Origin: Cyclobacteriaceae bacterium
Lineage (GTDB): Bacteria; Bacteroidota; Bacteroidia; Cytophagales; Cyclobacteriaceae
Assembly (NCBI GenBank): GCA_028285445.1
Contig: JANQPQ010000004.1
Coordinates: forward strand, 90,672 to 122,671
Direction: 5' to 3'
DNA length: 32,000 nt
Below the pieces are notes generated by a model. The model was not told the origin of the DNA and ran no database searches. It saw only the letters and a list, made by a program, of their open reading frames with translations. A program made the translations under genes and the position numbers. Numbering within the stretch: the stretch's first letter is position 1; each line of letters starts with the position of its first letter. This document shows, piece after piece, positions 22,701-30,823 of this stretch.

Positions 22701-22777
22701 TCACCCTTTATGTGGACCTCTTGAGAAAGGTGCTGGAATTTGCAGGCAATCTCAAGTTTACAGCTCGCTCCGCTTGA
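19724..22777 (+). CDS. Multidomain ABCG-like half-transporter: TerB-like N-domain, FHA-like segment, ABC ATPase, ABC-2-type membrane domain with a large loop insert
   Basis: 1017 aa. Walker A GASGAGKST (aa 275-283). Q-loop YVPQDD. Signature SGGQRKR (aa 382-). Walker B ILFVDEPTSGLS. H-loop VVIHQPS, which is ABCG-like. The order is NBD before TMD. The N-terminus has ADGYISEQEDVLVKEI and DVTESERDQIASFL, which are TerB-like repeats. There are 5 TM helices (aa ~570-738) and a last TM at aa ~977-997. Confidence 0.9.
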   Translation: MSEALLNAIIELFAIVAKEDDVTESERDQIASFLKENLNEATAKSYLNKFDEIAEVLVAQDRESGNSNELEEVREICRRINFDLSYRQKIILIQQLVMLILADGYISEQEDVLVKEIGASFKVPEVEINQLISFAQGNTTEELKSEEVLLISANQNTNGQLHINRPNIKGFASVLMLQSAQFYFIKYLGNTNLYLNGVPLRTGTIKPLPVGSALRSDKMKPVYYSDIASRFQRSQGDNAISFQAKNVTYKFRNGAIGLRDINISEESGSLVGLMGASGAGKSTLLSVLNGNEAPADGTVEINGIDIYSKNSDIEGIIGYVPQDDLLIEELSVYQNLFYAAKLCFSNLNEAGIDDLVIKTLTSLGLLEAKSLKVGSPLEKTISGGQRKRLNIGLELLREPAILFVDEPTSGLSSRDSENIMDLLKELSLKGKLIFVVIHQPSSDIFKMFDKMVILDVGGYQIFYGNPLEAVTYFKEIIELINSEQGECIECGNVNPEQIFNIIETKVMDEYGRFTTERKITPQQWHQFYQERISLPEIKSVQGLPEKSLTIPNFFKQLRIFTTRDLLSKISNRQYMLINLLEAPLLAFILAYIVKFSGKMEGSEYIFAKNVNIPAYIFMSIIVALFMGLTVSAEEIIKDRKILKREQFLNLSRSSYLFSKLLLLFSISAVQTLLFVLIGNFILEIKDMTLTYWLVLFSTSCLANLLGLNISSAFNSAVTIYILIPILLIPQLLLSGVVVSFDNLNPTLSSANKVPLVGEFMASRWAMEATIVDQYKNNRFQAIFYDYDRTMGNADYKKTYYIPALLSKLDYNRNHIDDTLADAIVTMNANFALLRNEISKELKVVGGDKFNKTEQLTVATFNEDLYKETSEFLEILRRFYSIRFNKANGAKDKIIREMVSSPEKQLAYENLRNLYQNERIEDVVKNVGQAERIIEEDGGLVQKIYPIFMTPDRSNAFKFRSQFYVPEKSVFGNVYDTLTFNLIVIWIMSIILYFTLYVDLLRKVLEFAGNLKFTARSA

Positions 22778-22862
22778 AAAATATCTTTAAAACCACCTTA
22801 TTGCTTTCTCCTTGATTTAGTTATTGTATGCCTGCTTTGAGTCAGGCCCTTAATAAGCCAAC

Positions 22863-23630
22863 ATGTTTTTTCTGCTCAGCAAGCTATTGATATTCCTCAT
22901 CCAGCCACTCAATATTGTAATTGTAATTACTGGCCTTTCATTTCTCCTAAAGTCGAAAATCTGGAAAAAACGTCTGAGAGTTGCTGCTTTGGTGCTTCTC
23001 CTCTTTTTCACTAATGAATTCATCATAAATGAATTGTACTTACTATGGGAGGAAAAGCCGATGCCATTTACCGAAATCAGTCAGCCATATGATGTTGCCA
23101 TTTTACTGGCTGGCGTAACTCACACAAAGCAAAAACCCCGGGATAGAGTACATTTCGGCCGCGGGGCCGACCGTGTAATTCACACTATCTACTTGTACAA
23201 ACTCGGCCTGGTTAAGAAGGTACTAATAAGCGGAGGCAGTGGACGCATATCATCTGATGGCCCCAGAGAAGCTGATATTATCAAGAAAGCCTTCGTTCTT
23301 TACGGAGTTCCTGATGAGGATATAGTGCTGGAAACAAAATCCAGGAACACTTATGAGAACGCAAAATTTTCCAATGAGATAATAGGGAGGCAATTCCCCG
23401 GTATGCGGTATTTAGTGGTATCATCCGCCTTCCACCTGCCCAGAGCCGAAGCCTGCTTTGTAAAAGCCGGTTTGGAAGTGGACACCTTCAGCACCGACCT
23501 CTATAGCCACGAAAGAGAATTCACGCCAGATGTGATCATTATACCGAGTACCGGGGCATTATTAAAATGGAATATCTTAATCAAGGAACTGGTCGGGATG
23601 ATTATGTACAAGGTAGTAGGCTATATCTAG
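22863..23630 (+). CDS. YdcF/DUF218 (ElyC/SanA-like) family protein
   Basis: 255 aa. Two N-terminal TM helices. DUF218-typical ILLAGV..., VLISGGSG, TYENAKFS and VVSSAFHLPRA. Confidence 0.8.
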   Translation: MFFLLSKLLIFLIQPLNIVIVITGLSFLLKSKIWKKRLRVAALVLLLFFTNEFIINELYLLWEEKPMPFTEISQPYDVAILLAGVTHTKQKPRDRVHFGRGADRVIHTIYLYKLGLVKKVLISGGSGRISSDGPREADIIKKAFVLYGVPDEDIVLETKSRNTYENAKFSNEIIGRQFPGMRYLVVSSAFHLPRAEACFVKAGLEVDTFSTDLYSHEREFTPDVIIIPSTGALLKWNILIKELVGMIMYKVVGYI

Positions 23631-23723
23631 CTTAACATTTGATTCACAACGGCTTGCGAAAATGTGGGGAACTTCATAAGTTATATATTGCTTAGCTAGT
23701 CACTAAACCCCCAACGTTCCTCA

Positions 23724-25712
23724 ATGAGATTGCATAGCGACATTAATGTTCGCACCACTATCCTTCGTGGACTTTTTCTTACTGGTGGTATCTTCATTCC
23801 TTTGGCTGGTTTAATTGCCAATATTCTAAGCCCAGAGTTTTATGATCCCATCATTCTACGACTGATTATTGGTATTCCAGCCTTGGCAGTGGTATTCTTG
23901 AGTTTTCGCTATCAGCCGGTAAAAACAAATTTCGATCGCATTTTCTGGTTGTTTGTACTCGCTATCATCCCCTGGATTTGCTTCCTGCTATACTCTAACT
24001 CCTTGCAACCAGTTTACAGTTTATTGCTTTTTGTAGCTTTCATGGCTATATCACTTGGCTTTGATGACACCCATCACTTGCGCATATATATAGCTGGCAC
24101 CACCCTGCTAGTGGTGGCTACTGTGCTGGCAGTTGAAAGTCCGGTGATGCCCAAAAACATCATGCTAGCGCTCTATTTCCCTACCATTTTTATTACCTAT
24201 TTCGTTATAAGCTACTTCATTAGAATTGGAAAACAGTTACAAGTAAGCAACAACGACTTTCGAGCATTGCTTGACAGTACAGAAGAATCCATATTCTTCA
24301 TAAATAGGGATCTAACCATCAATAAGTTTAATGTAAAAGGTGCTGATGGTGCCAGCCACCTTATTGGCAGGTCTCCTAAGGAGGGCGATAATATGCTGGC
24401 TTACATTTTCGATGAAGAGAAGAAGCACTTTATCGCCAGTTTCAACAAGGCACTCAAGGGTGAAACTACGATTGTAGAAAAGCATTTGTTCAATGAGAAA
24501 AAATACTCCCGATGGTATGAGATAAAGCACATACCCGTAAAGAGCGAAGGCGGGGAAGTGCAGGGTGTCCTGTTCACGGGTTTGGAGATTACAAAAAGAA
24601 AGACAGCTCTCCAGTCTCTGGAAAAATCAGAAATGCGCTTCCGAAACGTTTTTCAGGAGTCGCCCATTGGAATGGCCTTAATCTCCAGTGAAGGCAAAAT
24701 ACTAAGTGTGAACGAATCTTTTTGCAGAACTACTGGCTTTGAAGAAAGCGAACTTAGTGGTACTCAATTTAGTGATATCTCACCTGCTGAAGAAGCAAAA
24801 ACTACCCTGGAGGAGTTTCAGAAGATTTTGGACTTTGAGATTGACCAGTATAGAAGGGAAACCCGATATAGACACAAGGATGGCAACGAAATCAATGTGC
24901 TAGAGCAGGTATCTGGAATTTCGGAGGATAGGGAAATCAAATTCTGCATAGCCCAGGTAGTGGAAATAGAGCAAATCAAGAAGACCGAGGACTTATTGCG
25001 AGATAAGAATTTAGAGCTGGAAAAAACAAATAGAGAGCTTGACAAATTCGTTTACAGCGCCGCCCACGATTTAAGGGCTCCTCTAACTTCTGTACTTGGG
25101 CTAATTGAGCTGGCCAAAATGAAGCCTGGTGAAGAAGAGCTTTACAAATATCTCGGGCTTATAGAAAAAAGTGTTGTTAAGCTGGATGACTTTATCCAGG
25201 AGGTAATTGATTACTCCAGGAACTCAAGGTTGAGTATTATGGCTGAAAAAATCGATTTTGAGGAATTGATAGCTCGCATTTTTGATAATCACAACTACTT
25301 AAGTGGTGCCTCTGATATTACCAAGAAAATAAACATCAACGAAAATGGTGGCTTCTTTAGCGACAAGGGAAGGGTGGAGATAATTCTTAACAACATAATC
25401 TCTAACGCTATCAAGTATCATGTTCCCAATCGCAAAGACTCGTTTATCTCAATCAACATAGAAAACAAACCGCATTCGTCTCAATTGGAAATCTCTGATA
25501 ACGGGCAAGGAATTGGTGAAGCAAATCTTGATAAGATCTTTAACATCTTCTACCGTGGAAACGAAAGCTCTACCGGATCAGGACTTGGCCTCTATATTGT
25601 GAAAGAGACAGTTGAGAAACTTAATGGGGTAATTGATGTAAAGTCTGAATTAGGAGTGGGCACCACCTTCCTGATTAACCTTCCTAACAGCAAAGATGGG
25701 GCTGAAAACTAA
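23724..25712 (+). CDS. Membrane-bound PAS-domain sensor histidine kinase (no adjacent response regulator)
   Basis: 662 aa. About 6 N-terminal TM helices and two PAS-like regions. H-box YSAAHDLRAPL, N-box NNIISNAIKYH, G1 DNGQGI, G2 GSGLGL. Confidence 0.9.
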   Translation: MRLHSDINVRTTILRGLFLTGGIFIPLAGLIANILSPEFYDPIILRLIIGIPALAVVFLSFRYQPVKTNFDRIFWLFVLAIIPWICFLLYSNSLQPVYSLLLFVAFMAISLGFDDTHHLRIYIAGTTLLVVATVLAVESPVMPKNIMLALYFPTIFITYFVISYFIRIGKQLQVSNNDFRALLDSTEESIFFINRDLTINKFNVKGADGASHLIGRSPKEGDNMLAYIFDEEKKHFIASFNKALKGETTIVEKHLFNEKKYSRWYEIKHIPVKSEGGEVQGVLFTGLEITKRKTALQSLEKSEMRFRNVFQESPIGMALISSEGKILSVNESFCRTTGFEESELSGTQFSDISPAEEAKTTLEEFQKILDFEIDQYRRETRYRHKDGNEINVLEQVSGISEDREIKFCIAQVVEIEQIKKTEDLLRDKNLELEKTNRELDKFVYSAAHDLRAPLTSVLGLIELAKMKPGEEELYKYLGLIEKSVVKLDDFIQEVIDYSRNSRLSIMAEKIDFEELIARIFDNHNYLSGASDITKKININENGGFFSDKGRVEIILNNIISNAIKYHVPNRKDSFISINIENKPHSSQLEISDNGQGIGEANLDKIFNIFYRGNESSTGSGLGLYIVKETVEKLNGVIDVKSELGVGTTFLINLPNSKDGAEN

Positions 25713-28279
25713 ACTTCTTTTCTCAATACCTCCAGTGGTGATCGGCTGATTATTCCTCGGGTATTCACCCAACCAACAATCATGGTTAATGCGGCTACAC
25801 CACCCCAAATGATGCCTAGGGTTATAAGATCTGGAAAGAATATGATATTAAAGAAGAATACCGAAAGCCCCCAACCTGCAGCCAGGGAGAGAATAATTCC
25901 GGTCAATCCTGCAAAGAGGCCCAAATAACCATACTCAATGAGCGTCATCTTAACGATCTGGTTTTTTAGAGCACCGATTGTTCTTAGCAATACGTTTTCT
26001 TTGAGCCTTAAATACTTGCTATTAATAACCGCTCCAGCCAATACCACTAACCCCGTTCCAATACTGAATAAGGCCATAAACTGAATTACGAAAGCAATCT
26101 TACTCATAAAATCATCAAGGGTGCTAAGGATAAGACTTAAGTCAATTACAGATACATTCGGATAAGCCGCAACCAACTCACGTTGATATTTTGAAGCCTG
26201 CTGCTTGTCATCGGTTTTGGTCATCAAGACGAAAAACTGCGGGGCTTGTTCCAGTACACCGTTTGGAAACACGAAGATGAAATTAGTCTGAATACGTTGC
26301 CAGTCAATATCACGGTAGCTACCGATGTAGGTTTTTATCTGCACGCCCTGTACATCAAAGATTACTTCATCTCCAATATCCACCTCAAGGTTGTCTAACA
26401 TGCTTTCGCTGATGGACACAAATATTGAATCATCAGGGTTGATAACTTCAGGCATGATCTCCCCTTTTAACAATGTCTCAGAGTCAATGAGAGAGTCCCG
26501 ATAGGTAACTCTGTATTCCCTGGTTATTGCCCAGTTGGAAACATTATCGGTTGTATCCTGCTGTATCTCCCTTACTGTCTTGCCCTTAATACTTTGAATC
26601 CGCATAGTAACAATCGGTACCAGCTGTTGCACCTCAAGATTGTTATCATTGGTAAGTGCCACTATCCCATCTTTCTGATGAGGCTGAATATCAAATAGTA
26701 CCGTGTTAGATCGAGTACCCGACCCCACAAATTCAACCTGATTGAGAAGACTATTTTGCACCAGGCTGAGAGTTGAAACCAGGAAAGCCCCAAGCCCAAT
26801 TACCACCACTAATACCGTCGTTTGATTATTGGGTCTGAAAAGATTGGCTAAACTTTGGCGCCATACAAACCCCCAACTGTGTGGAAAAAATCTCTTAACT
26901 AGATAGATAAGCCCCTTTGCTACCGCTGTAAGCAACAAGAAGGCTGCTATGAGGGTTAAGAAGAAGGTACTACCATTGAATGCACTTTCTGTTTGATAGA
27001 TGGCAAATGTCAATGGGAAAATCAGGGTGAGTAAAATTATACTCAGTCTCACCTTCGAAAAGCGCTTGATCTTCTCAAAACCTGTTCTCAATACTGTTAA
27101 TGGAGGGATGGTCCTTACATTAGTCAGAGGCAAGAATGAGAAAAGAATTGAGATTACTAAACCAAGTAGCACACCCTCGAGTATGGCACTCCAGGATATG
27201 GCAAGTGTAATATCAAGTGGAATGAGGTCGCTAAGGAGCAGCGGGGCAAAATATTGTACCACCACACCCAGAAATGCACCTAACATACTCCCTATCAGTC
27301 CTATGATCACGGCCTGAACGAAGAATATATTGAAGGATTGCCAACCGCTGGCACCCATGCACCGTAACACCGCTACAGACTCCTTCTTTTCCTGCACATA
27401 AATGTGTACCGAACTGGCAACCCCGATACACCCCAAGATCAGCGCTACAAAGCCAAGCAGATTAAAAAAGCGGTATAGGTTCTCAAAACTCTGGCCTAGC
27501 TCCTCCTTCCTTTCAGCCACATCATCATAACCATAGCCGTACTTCCTCAAGGTGGGCCTAATTTGCTTTATGATCTCATCGGCCTGGGCAGTGGTCTCCG
27601 TCTTAAAATATCTTTTGTAGTTAACCCTACTTCCATATTGAACCAGACCAGTTTCCCGCAAGTATTTCATAGGGATATAGACCGAGGGTGCAAATGTAGA
27701 TGACAAACTACCCGTACCGGGAATTGCCTTCACAATGCCAGCTACCGGAAATGCCAAAGTTCCTACCCTAATCGAGTCTCCTGAACTAACTTCATACTGC
27801 GTGGCTATGTTTTCATCAAGTACGGTGTAGAAACCATCTTTTACCTTTGAAAAGGCATCTTCGGGCACTGTTTCTACTTCGCCATAGAAGGGAAAATCAC
27901 CATCCACTGCTATTATCTGTACCAGCCTGGTGCCACCAGCATCACTGAGAAATAGCACCATGGAAGCCATTCGGGCATCGGTGGCTTGAGGCACCTGGAT
28001 AGTGTCGAACATGGCAATTACCGTAGAATCGAACCCTTTGTTTGTATTAACCACGAAATCAGCTCCCAGCAATTCCTTTGCCTGAGAATTTATATCAGAT
28101 TGGAGATTGTCATTGAACGAATTGATCGCTACCAGGGCGGCAATGCCAATAATGATGGAAGAAATGAATAAGAATAGGCGAGAGAAGTTCTTACGAGCAT
28201 CTCGCCATGCCATTTTCCATACCCACTTATCGTTAAGTATGTTTCTTTTCTTCTTTTTAATTCTAATGATATACTCCAC
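25709..28279 (-). CDS. YbbP-like double-FtsX-domain ABC permease (10 TM, two periplasmic domains; MacB/type VII-like)
   Basis: 856 aa. The pattern is TM1, a ~215-aa loop, 3 TM, 2 TM, TM, a ~210-aa loop, 3 TM. The listed start is GTG (28279-28277), sharing one nt with the upstream stop (TAGTG). An internal ATG at 28213 (MAWRDARKN..) is an alternative start. Confidence 0.85.
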   Translation of the reverse strand: MEYIIRIKKKKRNILNDKWVWKMAWRDARKNFSRLFLFISSIIIGIAALVAINSFNDNLQSDINSQAKELLGADFVVNTNKGFDSTVIAMFDTIQVPQATDARMASMVLFLSDAGGTRLVQIIAVDGDFPFYGEVETVPEDAFSKVKDGFYTVLDENIATQYEVSSGDSIRVGTLAFPVAGIVKAIPGTGSLSSTFAPSVYIPMKYLRETGLVQYGSRVNYKRYFKTETTAQADEIIKQIRPTLRKYGYGYDDVAERKEELGQSFENLYRFFNLLGFVALILGCIGVASSVHIYVQEKKESVAVLRCMGASGWQSFNIFFVQAVIIGLIGSMLGAFLGVVVQYFAPLLLSDLIPLDITLAISWSAILEGVLLGLVISILFSFLPLTNVRTIPPLTVLRTGFEKIKRFSKVRLSIILLTLIFPLTFAIYQTESAFNGSTFFLTLIAAFLLLTAVAKGLIYLVKRFFPHSWGFVWRQSLANLFRPNNQTTVLVVVIGLGAFLVSTLSLVQNSLLNQVEFVGSGTRSNTVLFDIQPHQKDGIVALTNDNNLEVQQLVPIVTMRIQSIKGKTVREIQQDTTDNVSNWAITREYRVTYRDSLIDSETLLKGEIMPEVINPDDSIFVSISESMLDNLEVDIGDEVIFDVQGVQIKTYIGSYRDIDWQRIQTNFIFVFPNGVLEQAPQFFVLMTKTDDKQQASKYQRELVAAYPNVSVIDLSLILSTLDDFMSKIAFVIQFMALFSIGTGLVVLAGAVINSKYLRLKENVLLRTIGALKNQIVKMTLIEYGYLGLFAGLTGIILSLAAGWGLSVFFFNIIFFPDLITLGIIWGGVAALTMIVGWVNTRGIISRSPLEVLRKEV

Positions 28280-28971
28280 TATAGTGCTTTGGCTAGTTTT
28301 TGATCTGCGACCAACTTACCTCCTTTGAGTTGAATAATGCGATTAGTATTCTCCGCCAAGGCCATGTTATGGGTCACCATAACCAGTGTGGTTCCTTCTT
28401 CCTTATTTATATCAAAAAGCAAGTCTGTTACTGTGTTGGCAGTTTCCTCATCGAGGTTGCCAGTTGGCTCATCTGCGAATAATATCTTGGGTGAAGAGAT
28501 AAAAGCCCGGGCGATGGCCACTCGTTGCTGTTCTCCCCCGGAAAGCTGCGATGGATAGTGGGTAATCCTGTCTCCCAGACCTACCCTACCCAGCAACTCT
28601 TTGGCTTTGGCGGCTATGCCTTTTTCGCCGCGCAATTCCAGGGGAATCATTACATTTTCTAAGGCTGTTAGTGTGGCCAACAGCTGAAAATTCTGAAAGA
28701 CGAAACCCACATTATGGTTTCGGACGTAGGCTCTATCATCCTCATCAAGAGCGTTCAATTTTATACCTACCAATGAAATTGTACCTTCAGAAGGCAAATC
28801 CAGCCCGGCACAAAGTCCAAGAAGTGTAGTTTTACCACTACCGGAAGGACCTACTATAGCAACTGATGACTTTTCTTCAACGGCAAAGCTGATATCATCG
28901 ATCACAGTCAGCTCGTTCTTAGCTGATTTAAACTTTTTTACTAAATTTTGAACTTCAAGTATTTCCGGCAT
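28279..28971 (-). CDS. YbbA/LolD/MacB-type ABC transporter ATP-binding protein
   Basis: 230 aa. Walker A GPSGSGKTT, signature LSGGEQQRVAIARA, Walker B ILFADEPTGNLD, H-loop MVTHN. Confidence 0.92.
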   Translation of the reverse strand: MPEILEVQNLVKKFKSAKNELTVIDDISFAVEEKSSVAIVGPSGSGKTTLLGLCAGLDLPSEGTISLVGIKLNALDEDDRAYVRNHNVGFVFQNFQLLATLTALENVMIPLELRGEKGIAAKAKELLGRVGLGDRITHYPSQLSGGEQQRVAIARAFISSPKILFADEPTGNLDEETANTVTDLLFDINKEEGTTLVMVTHNMALAENTNRIIQLKGGKLVADQKLAKAL

Positions 28972-28986
28972 AATTTTTTCGAAACA

Positions 28987-29004
28987 ACGCTAAAGGATTA
29001 GCGT
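28987..29004. promoter_or_regulatory. Perfect 7-bp inverted repeat in the divergent promoter region between the ABC ATPase gene and the SGNH esterase gene
   Basis: ACGCTAA-AGGA-TTAGCGT. It lies 16 nt from the ATG at 28971 (-) and 32 nt from the ATG at 29036 (+). Confidence 0.4.
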
Positions 29005-29035
29005 AACAATTTTACAAAAGAGTTTGTTCTTTATT

Positions 29036-29686
29036 ATGAGTAAGTTAAGCTTATTAAAGGTAAATCTTCGACGAGTTTATACGTCATTGTACGTTATATG
29101 TCTGCTACTGTTGGCCTCATTTACCTTCTTGGACGAAGAGAAGACCATAATATTTTACGGAGATAGTTTAACAGCGGGATATGGTCTTACACCAGAGCAA
29201 GCTTTCCCGGCTTTAGTGGAGAAATATCTGGGCGAAAAGGGGCACAACTACAAAGTGGTGAACGCTGGTGTTAGTGGTGAAACAAGTGCCGGCGGTCTAT
29301 CAAGGATCAACTGGGTGTTAAATCAGCCGGTGGACATATTCATTCTTGAGTTGGGAGCCAATGACGGTTTGCGAGGACTGCCTTTGACTCAAACCAGGGA
29401 GAATCTACAGGGGATAATTGATCGCGTCAAAGCCAAGAACCCTGGAGTTAAGGTAGTAGTAGCTGGTATGATGGTGCCTCCAAACATGGGAGAATCCTAC
29501 GCTTCGGAGTTTATATCAATTTTTCCGGAAATCGCTAGACAGAATGATGCTGATTTAATTCCCTTTCTTTTAGAGGGAGTCGCTGGCGATCCCACCCTAA
29601 ACCTGCCTGATGGCATACACCCAAATCCTGAAGGGCAGAAAATCGTTGCAAACACCGTAATGAAGGTGTTGGAAAACCTGCTCTAA
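29036..29686 (+). CDS. TesA-like SGNH/GDSL arylesterase/lysophospholipase with a signal peptide
   Basis: Block I IIFYGDSLTAGYG, block II NAGVSGETS, block III ELGANDGLRG and block V DGIHPN closely resemble E. coli TesA blocks. The ATG at 29036 is preferred over the listed TTG at 29024. Confidence 0.88.
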   Translation: MSKLSLLKVNLRRVYTSLYVICLLLLASFTFLDEEKTIIFYGDSLTAGYGLTPEQAFPALVEKYLGEKGHNYKVVNAGVSGETSAGGLSRINWVLNQPVDIFILELGANDGLRGLPLTQTRENLQGIIDRVKAKNPGVKVVVAGMMVPPNMGESYASEFISIFPEIARQNDADLIPFLLEGVAGDPTLNLPDGIHPNPEGQKIVANTVMKVLENLL

Positions 29687-29755
29687 ACCCTCCCCTTTCT
29701 TCGTGTTTTTGCTAAATTATGATCTTGTTCAAAGCAATAGCCCTAGCTTTTGTTA

Positions 29756-30823
29756 ATGGAAAGAGATCTTAGAACCATCAAAGTAATATTGCTCATCTTT
29801 GGTGGAATCGTAATCGTTTACTTACTACACATCCTTGCTACGCTCCTGATACCGCTGGCTCTGGCGTTGTTCATTGCAATTTTACTCCAGCCAATTCTCG
29901 CCTGGTTTGAAAGAAAACGCTGGCCATTCAGCCTCAGTCTCACCGCCATTTCCATCACCACACTTTCATTCCTGGCACTATTCGGTACAATCTTTTACCA
30001 GACAGGCCTCAGCATTGCCGAGGAGAAAGATGTGCTGTTGGCTCAGATCAACACAAAGCTAGACGGCATTTTTGCCTGGGTAAACTCTCTGCCTGGTATT
30101 GATCTCAAAGCTGAACAGTTTACGGAAATGTTCACCAATATCATTTCCAGTGACTGGTTGCTGAAATCCTCAGGAGTATTCGCAGGCATCTTGGGAGATT
30201 TCACCGGAACCTTCTTCATGACTGCTCTTTACCTGATCGCATTCCTCGGTGGAATACTTAAGTATGAGCAATACATACGGTACCTTGAAGAAGGAAATGC
30301 CAGTAAGCAGGATAATCTTCTACAAAGCTTTGAGCAAGTTAAGACTTCGATTACCACATACATTAAGATTAAATTTTTTGTGAGTTTTCTCACCGGTCTG
30401 GGGTTTGCCTTAGCCTGCTGGTTATTCGGAATCAACTTTGCCATCTTTTGGGGCTTTTTGGCCTTCATTCTGAATTTTATTCCAACAGTTGGTTCGATCA
30501 TGGCTACCATTCCACCAATCGCACTGGGGTTGGTTCAACTAGATGGCACGGGAGTAGTATTTTTGCTTTTGGCAATTTTGGCGTTAATCCAGGTTATTTT
30601 TGGAAATATCGTAGAGCCGAGGCTCATGGGCTCCAGTCTGTCGCTTAATACCGTGGCAGTGATTTTAGGCCTGGTCTTCTGGGGCTACATCTGGGGTATT
30701 ACAGGAATGATACTATCTGTACCGCTCCTGGTATTGGTAAAAGTTATACTTACGCAATTTCCGGAAGCTACTATTTTGGTTCGGTTAATGGGGGCTAGTG
30801 GAGTAAATAGCAATGAGGAATAA
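29756..30823 (+). CDS. AI-2E (PerM/UPF0118) family transporter
   Basis: About 355 aa, 7-8 TM helices. The family-typical C-terminal region is NFIPTVGSIMATIPP...GNIVEPRLMGSSLSLN...GMILSVPL. The ATG is at 29756 (the listed start, 29750, is a TTG). Confidence 0.85.
   Translation: MERDLRTIKVILLIFGGIVIVYLLHILATLLIPLALALFIAILLQPILAWFERKRWPFSLSLTAISITTLSFLALFGTIFYQTGLSIAEEKDVLLAQINTKLDGIFAWVNSLPGIDLKAEQFTEMFTNIISSDWLLKSSGVFAGILGDFTGTFFMTALYLIAFLGGILKYEQYIRYLEEGNASKQDNLLQSFEQVKTSITTYIKIKFFVSFLTGLGFALACWLFGINFAIFWGFLAFILNFIPTVGSIMATIPPIALGLVQLDGTGVVFLLLAILALIQVIFGNIVEPRLMGSSLSLNTVAVILGLVFWGYIWGITGMILSVPLLVLVKVILTQFPEATILVRLMGASGVNSNEE

Noticed and set aside
18707-22777. The helical lipoprotein and the large ABC transporter as one operon or system
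   Set aside because: A strong rho-independent terminator (19621-19650) and a 126-nt gap separate them. A functional link is possible but is not supported by the sequence layout.
22830-22847. GCCTG...CAGGC hairpin as a terminator of the large ABC gene
   Set aside because: It has only a 5-bp stem with an 8-nt loop and no downstream T-tract, so it is not convincing.
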